Below are positions 59,688 to 64,000 of a stretch of 64,000 nucleotides of DNA, piece after piece. A model generated the notes under the pieces. The model had not been told where the DNA came from and did not search any database. It worked only from the letters and a program-made list of their open reading frames with translations. Source of the DNA: Gaiellaceae bacterium (GTDB lineage Bacteria; Actinomycetota; Thermoleophilia; Gaiellales; Gaiellaceae); NCBI GenBank assembly GCA_035650975.1, contig DASRGQ010000058.1, positions 3,019 to 67,018 on the forward strand, written 5' to 3'. A program made the translations under genes and the position numbers. How positions within the stretch are numbered: the first letter of the stretch is position 1; every line of letters starts with the position of its first letter.

Positions 59688-59709
59688 CGTTTCTATGCTC
59701 ACCTGAGTT

Positions 59710-59985
59710 TCAGGCACGCTGGGTGAACCACGATCCTGCGTCGTCGTCGTGGTAGACGACGGTGTTCTCCCCGGTCTCGAGCACGAGGTCGAAGTAGCGG
59801 CGGTGCACGGGCTCGTCGGTCCACCAGCGATCGACGACCCGCCACTCTTCACGCACGACTCCCACGTCACGTCGGTTCACGCGGCGCGGCGTGCCGTCGG
59901 CGTGCGCCTCGACGAGCACGGTGCGCGGCGCATTCAGTCGTCGCGCGGCACGAGCAGTGCGCGCGCTTCCGGTATGCGCGACCAT
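59710..59985 (-). CDS. small conserved-looking protein with EWRVxDRWWT motif (possibly DUF6504-like)
   Basis: RRVNRRDVGVVREEWRVVDRWWTDEPVHRRYFDLVLETGENTVVYHDDDAGSWF. The ATG at 59985 overlaps imuB by 52 nt; an alternative GTG at 59919 has no overlap. Confidence 0.55.
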   Translation of the reverse strand: MVAHTGSARTARAARRLNAPRTVLVEAHADGTPRRVNRRDVGVVREEWRVVDRWWTDEPVHRRYFDLVLETGENTVVYHDDDAGSWFTQRA

Positions 59986-61118
59986 GCTGCGACCTCCACC
60001 ACCGTCGAGACCCCGCCTGCGCCGACGGCCGCCTTCACCTGGCGCAGGCCTTCCCGCAGCCTGCCCTTGAGCACGTCTCCTTCCGCCGCGAGCAGCTCGA
60101 GCTGCTCGCCCGTCTGCTCGGCGAGCTGCGACACCTCGATCCGGAGCTTGAGCGCAGGAGCCGGCAGCTCCGCGAGCTTCGGTGCGAGCGCGGCCCGCAG
60201 CCTCCCCGGGTCGCTCGTCGGCTCGCGCAGCGTCACCGTCCGGCGCCACGAGGCGCCGCCGACGAGCCGCGCCCAGAGCGCGATCTTCCTCGGCGGTCGC
60301 CCCGCGCGTTCCGGTCGGGCGAGGACGCGGTCGAGCAGCACGCCGAGCCCTCGCCGGAGCGTCAGCTCGTTGCCGACCGCTTCCGGGAACTCGAGCGTCT
60401 CGTGCAGCGGCTGCACGGGCCGCCGCGGCACCACCCGTCCCTGGTCCTCGCCTCTCGTCAGGCTGAAGGCACGCCGGCCGTCCGGCCCCAACCGCTCGGC
60501 CACGGCGCTGCCCGGCAGCCCGGCAAGCTGCCCGATCGTGCGCACTCCCAGCTCCTCCAGCTCCTCGTAGCGGCTGCGCTCGAGCGGCAGGAGCTGGAGC
60601 GGCAGCGGTGCGAGGAACGACCGCGTGCGATCGTCGGAGACGATCAGCGCCTGCCCCGGCCGCGCCACGTTCGCCGCTGCGAGCGCTGCGAAACGCCGCT
60701 CGGCCGCACCGGCGCGCGCGTCCCACGCGGTGCCGACGGCCGCGAGCGCCCGCTTCAGCGCCGGCTCGAGCCCCCCGTAGAGCCGCTCGACGCCCTTCGA
60801 TTCGAAGTAGACAAGGCCCGGCTCGGCCGGCTCGACGGCGAAGCCCGCGTCCTCGAGCCGCCGCAGGATCTCCTCCCAGGCCTGCTCGGCAGTCGCCGGG
60901 TCCTGCTCGACGAGCTCGAGCTCCGGGCACGTCGCGAGCGCCTCTCCCAAGCGCATCCCCGGCCGCACGCCCTTCGCTTCCGCCGCCCCCGTCACCGAGC
61001 CGATGAGCGGCTCCGACCCCGGCAGCGGAGCGAGCGCTGCGGGAAGCCCCTGGAGCCGCGGCCGAAGGCGCAGCGCCGCCCGAAGATCGAAGGCCTGGAT
61101 GACGACTGCGGCGATCAC
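59934..61118 (-). CDS. imuB: ImuB-like Y-family polymerase homolog (mutasome adaptor)
   Basis: 394 aa, Y-family-like fold pattern without the DxD/E catalytic triad context. Positioned upstream of dnaE2 behind LexA boxes. Confidence 0.8.
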   Translation of the reverse strand: MIAAVVIQAFDLRAALRLRPRLQGLPAALAPLPGSEPLIGSVTGAAEAKGVRPGMRLGEALATCPELELVEQDPATAEQAWEEILRRLEDAGFAVEPAEPGLVYFESKGVERLYGGLEPALKRALAAVGTAWDARAGAAERRFAALAAANVARPGQALIVSDDRTRSFLAPLPLQLLPLERSRYEELEELGVRTIGQLAGLPGSAVAERLGPDGRRAFSLTRGEDQGRVVPRRPVQPLHETLEFPEAVGNELTLRRGLGVLLDRVLARPERAGRPPRKIALWARLVGGASWRRTVTLREPTSDPGRLRAALAPKLAELPAPALKLRIEVSQLAEQTGEQLELLAAEGDVLKGRLREGLRQVKAAVGAGGVSTVVEVAAWSRIPEARALLVPRDD

Positions 61119-61120
61119 GG

Positions 61121-61158
61121 GAACGTATGTTCTACACGAACACCTGTTCCCCTGTCAA
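61121..61158 (-). promoter_or_regulatory. SOS promoter: TTGACA -35 plus two tandem LexA (GAAC-N4-GTTC) boxes
   Basis: GAACGTATGTTC (61121-61132) and GAACACCTGTTC (61138-61149). The minus strand reads TTGACA-N18-TAGAAC, and the imuB GTG follows about 10 nt after the -10-like hexamer. Confidence 0.7.
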
Positions 61159-61188
61159 GCCGGGAAGTATCCCTTCTCTGTAGAGCCG

Positions 61189-61737
61189 CTAGCCACTGAT
61201 GTTCACGATCTCCTGGGACGGGTCGAAAACGTCGTCGGTGATCTCATGAACCAGCCCGTAGTCCTTTGCCTCGCCAGCATCAAGGATCCGGGTATTCCGC
61301 ATGTCGTCGCGGACTGTTTCGATGGCGGTTCCGCTTCTCTCCGAGAGGATCGTGGCGATCCGATCTCGATCCCGCTGCATCGCGATGAGGATGTCCCCGA
61401 CTTCCTTTTCGCTCGGATTGGCCCCAACGGCGAAGGGCCAGTAGACGCTGTGGATGAGAAACCGTCCCTGACTTGTACAGAGCCGTCTGTCCCCAGCGGC
61501 GTAGATCGGTCCTCCGATGGAATCGACTTGACCGACGTTGTGGGTGATTACCTCGATGCCCAATCCGCGAAGGAGACCGTAAGCCGTCACCCCCCAATGG
61601 ACCCCGCCACCAGGAGTGGAAAGCGCGAGGAGGACCGACCTTGCTCCCTTCCCCACCCGGTCGGTTACTTCACTAATCAGGCGGGTTACCGATTGCTGGT
61701 TTACGTCGCCTGTGAATAGAACTTGGATCTCAGCCAT
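61189..61737 (-). CDS. orphan ClpP-like (S14-fold) serine protease homolog
   Basis: IQVLFTGDVNQQSV...LSTPGGGVHWG...GQVDSIGG (Ser)...FLIHSV (His)...EAKDYGLVHEI parallels ClpP. Lower GC. An alternative start is at 61773. Confidence 0.65.
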   Translation of the reverse strand: MAEIQVLFTGDVNQQSVTRLISEVTDRVGKGARSVLLALSTPGGGVHWGVTAYGLLRGLGIEVITHNVGQVDSIGGPIYAAGDRRLCTSQGRFLIHSVYWPFAVGANPSEKEVGDILIAMQRDRDRIATILSERSGTAIETVRDDMRNTRILDAGEAKDYGLVHEITDDVFDPSQEIVNISG

Positions 61738-61880
61738 GCGGCGGACGCTAACCAATCCACGGGCGGAATTCATGCCGCGGTCCGTCCGATCCGACCAGTA
61801 GAATTTGGCTTAGATACAAGAAAAGCGAAAGCGCCGCGGGTAGCCGCCCACGACGCTTTCTTGCCAACAAGGAGCGATAG

Positions 61881-62840
61881 ATGCCCCCGGTTGACCGCCT
61901 TAAGCCTACTCGCGGTAAGTCCTCTGAATCGACGTGCTCCCTCATGGAGTTCATGCGGGAGTTCCCCGACGACAACGCCTGCCTGGAATGGCTGTGGCGC
62001 ACGCGGTACTCCGAGGACGGCGAGACGGCCCATTGTCCGAAGTGCGACCGTGACCGCACGTTTAAGCGCTACAAGACCACGCAGCGGCGTCAGTCGTGGA
62101 CTTGCACCGGCTGCGGGCATCACGTCCACCCGACCGCCGGGACGATCTTCCACAAGTCCTCTACGTCGCTGCAGCTCTGGTTCTACGCGATGTACCTCAT
62201 CACTAGCACTCGATGCGGAATCTCCGCGAAGCACCTTGAGCGCGAGTTGGGGGTCAACTACAAGACCGCATGGCGGATGTTCAACAAGATCCGCAACGAG
62301 CTGATGACGCAGGACGAAACGCCGCTGTCCGGTGAGGTCGAGCTGGACGAAACGTTCGTCGGCGGAAAGCCCCGCGAGGCGGATCGTCGGCGTCGGGCGA
62401 AGCTCGGATGGAACGCGCAGACCGACTACTGGGAGCGCAAGGCCGTCGTGTTCGCCGGGGTCGAGCGAAGCGGGCGTATCCGCGCCGAGGTCGTCCCCAA
62501 TAGTCGAGCCTCCACGATCCTTCCGAAGGCGCAGGAATACGTCCTTCCAGGATCGATGATCTTCACCGACGAATACATCCCCTACACCCGGCTCGGGAAG
62601 GCTGGCTACCGGCATCACCGGATCAAGCACAACGCCCGCGTCTACGTGGACGGGAACGTCCACACGCAGACCATCGACGGGTTCTTCGGCCTGTTCAAGA
62701 CGGGCGTGCGCGGAGCGCACCATGCCGTCTCGCACAAGTGGCTGCAGGGCTACCTCAACGAATGGGCATGGCGCTACAACCGCCGCGAGGACGGGAACCG
62801 GATGTTCCGCGATCTGATCGAGGTTGCCGCGAAGGGCTAG
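61881..62840 (+). mobile_element. IS1595-family (ISXO2-like) transposase gene; element ends not defined
   Basis: N-terminal zinc ribbon (CPKCDRDRTFKRYKTTQRRQSWTCTGCGHHV) plus a DDE domain (EVELDETFVGGK...IFTDEYIPY...HTQTIDGFF...). RBS AAGGAG. Lower GC. Confidence 0.85.
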
Positions 62841-62956
62841 CGCTTCGGCGCGTGGACGATCTTGCGAAACGCGTCCATGAGATCCCTGCGCTTCGGCACC
62901 GGGATCTCTAGACCCTTCGGCGTGACTTGCTTGGGCTCTTTTGACGGCTGCGCCAC
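62837..62956 (-). CDS. possible 39-aa basic peptide
   Basis: GTG-started VAQPSKEPKQVTPKGLEIPVPKRRDLMDAFRKIVHAPKR. GC3 is about 80% in a roughly 58% GC region. No clear RBS, and only 18 nt separate it from the divergent 62975 gene. Confidence 0.25.
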   Translation of the reverse strand: MAQPSKEPKQVTPKGLEIPVPKRRDLMDAFRKIVHAPKR

Positions 62957-62974
62957 TCATGGGAGGGTAGCGCT

Positions 62975-63973
62975 ATGGAGCGGCTGGACAGGATCGTCAG
63001 TCGGCTCGACCGAGCCGATAAACACCTCAGCGAACTCAAGAAGCTCGTTTCCGAGTTCCGAGACAGCGACCCATACGGACGCCGCATCAAGGTGTATCGA
63101 AGCAAGCCGGGCTATTCGTTCCTCAGTCCCGAGGAGGCCGCGCCCTTCCTCGCCGGAAAGCTGAGGATGGAGGGCGGACCCCTGGAGTTGCAACCCGACG
63201 GCTCGGTCATATCGCGCGCTGAAATGGTCGAGGAGTTCGGAATCATGCTGGTGGTTAACGGCGCACCCAAGCTCAAGAAGATGGGAGCAATCGCAGGCGA
63301 CGTGATCCACAACCTCCGCGCCGCCCTCGACAACATGGTCTGGGAGCTGAGCGAGGCTTACTCCGGGCCGGGACCGCGTGGGAAGATCCCCTACGGAGAT
63401 CCTTGGCGCGACATCTACTTCCCCGTCAAAGCCCGCAACACAAGCGGAGAGTGGAAACAAACCATCCAGCGTGAGCTGGTCAAGGTGAATCCGGCTCTTC
63501 ACGCACGCTTCAAGACGCTGCAGCCGTTTACAACACATCGGAAGCGACCGGAGCGACACTGGGCAGCCGTCCTCAATGAACTCTCGAACGGGGACAAGCA
63601 CCACTCCATCGCCGTCCTCACTGCACTCACCAGCCTTGACCACATCGACCCCACCGACTGGGAATGGAAGGTTCCGACGATCGGAAGGCGATCCGAGGAG
63701 GAGATTCCCGACAAGATCGTCGCGGCAGTTCTCAAGCGCAGGAAGCTCGGGCCAGTGAAGGACGGCGCAGAACTCGCGCGTATCCGCATGGTTCGGAACC
63801 TCGCCACTAAGGGCGGGCTTGAAGACGCCGTGAATATGAATCTCGTCTATGCCAGCGACATAGCCTTCGAGCAGGGACCACCCGCCTATGGGGGACGGGT
63901 CATCGAGACTCTTGAACGCCTCCAAAACCGCGTTACGGCGGTCGTCGCTGAGTTCACACCCGAACTCTCGTAG
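62975..63973 (+). CDS. hypothetical protein (332 aa), no family recognised
   Basis: ATG after GGGAGGG. Motifs IAGDVIHNLRAALDNMVWEL and LNELSNGDKHH. Lower GC, next to the IS. Confidence 0.6.
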   Translation: MERLDRIVSRLDRADKHLSELKKLVSEFRDSDPYGRRIKVYRSKPGYSFLSPEEAAPFLAGKLRMEGGPLELQPDGSVISRAEMVEEFGIMLVVNGAPKLKKMGAIAGDVIHNLRAALDNMVWELSEAYSGPGPRGKIPYGDPWRDIYFPVKARNTSGEWKQTIQRELVKVNPALHARFKTLQPFTTHRKRPERHWAAVLNELSNGDKHHSIAVLTALTSLDHIDPTDWEWKVPTIGRRSEEEIPDKIVAAVLKRRKLGPVKDGAELARIRMVRNLATKGGLEDAVNMNLVYASDIAFEQGPPAYGGRVIETLERLQNRVTAVVAEFTPELS

Positions 63974-64000
63974 ACGCTCGAAGACCAGTTCCAGCGACCG

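Noticed and set aside
61189-61737. ClpP-like gene as the missing ImuA component
   Set aside because: It has a ClpP/S14-like fold pattern, not a RecA/SulA-like one. It also ends upstream of the LexA-boxed promoter, so it lies outside the SOS transcription unit.
61774-62974. Terminal inverted repeats and target-site duplication of the IS1595-family element
   Set aside because: I compared both flanks by eye and found no convincing inverted repeat or direct repeat. Only the transposase CDS is reported, and the element boundaries are left open.

Overview
High-GC (about 70%) actinobacterial-type chromosomal segment. This is inferred from an F420/LLM oxidoreductase, the pgeF-yggS-sepF-yggT-divIVA block, imuB-dnaE2, frequent GTG/TTG starts and ATGA/GTGA/TTGA stop-start overlaps. 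The lineage guess (Thermoleophilia/Rubrobacteria-like) is inference only. Most genes are on the minus strand and are core functions: modABC with a Mop-type regulator, proS, ispG, an RseP-like protease, dxr, cdsA, uppS, frr, pyrH, tsf, rpsB, rluD-like, lspA, a DksA-like protein, the divIVA-to-pgeF division block, a CCA/poly(A) polymerase-family enzyme, ridA, murA, and a GT4/GH15 pair. Lower-GC accessory patches flank tRNA-Pro(GGG) (7.6-11.2 kb) and occupy the right end (61.2-64 kb: orphan ClpP-like protease, IS1595-family transposase, 332-aa orphan). No CRISPR array or rRNA was seen. Best candidates for something new: (1) a two-component-linked operon of NuoF-like protein, ferredoxin, di-haem ferric-reductase membrane protein and ApbE (11.2-17.0 kb). 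It looks like a split NOX-like transmembrane electron conduit with no canonical flavinylation target. (2) An imuB-dnaE2 mutasome with no imuA-type gene, twin LexA boxes on a near-leaderless promoter, a small WW-motif ORF and an inserted opposite-strand cupin gene. (3) A 7-gene translationally coupled oxidoreductase/TPP/enolase operon. (4) A degenerate IGPD-like pseudoenzyme coupled to ridA. (5) The right-end mobile patch. CDS coordinates are anchored to the supplied ORF track; starts were trimmed by eye using homology-like N-termini, RBS motifs and stop-start overlaps. No database search was possible, so all family names are pattern recognition.
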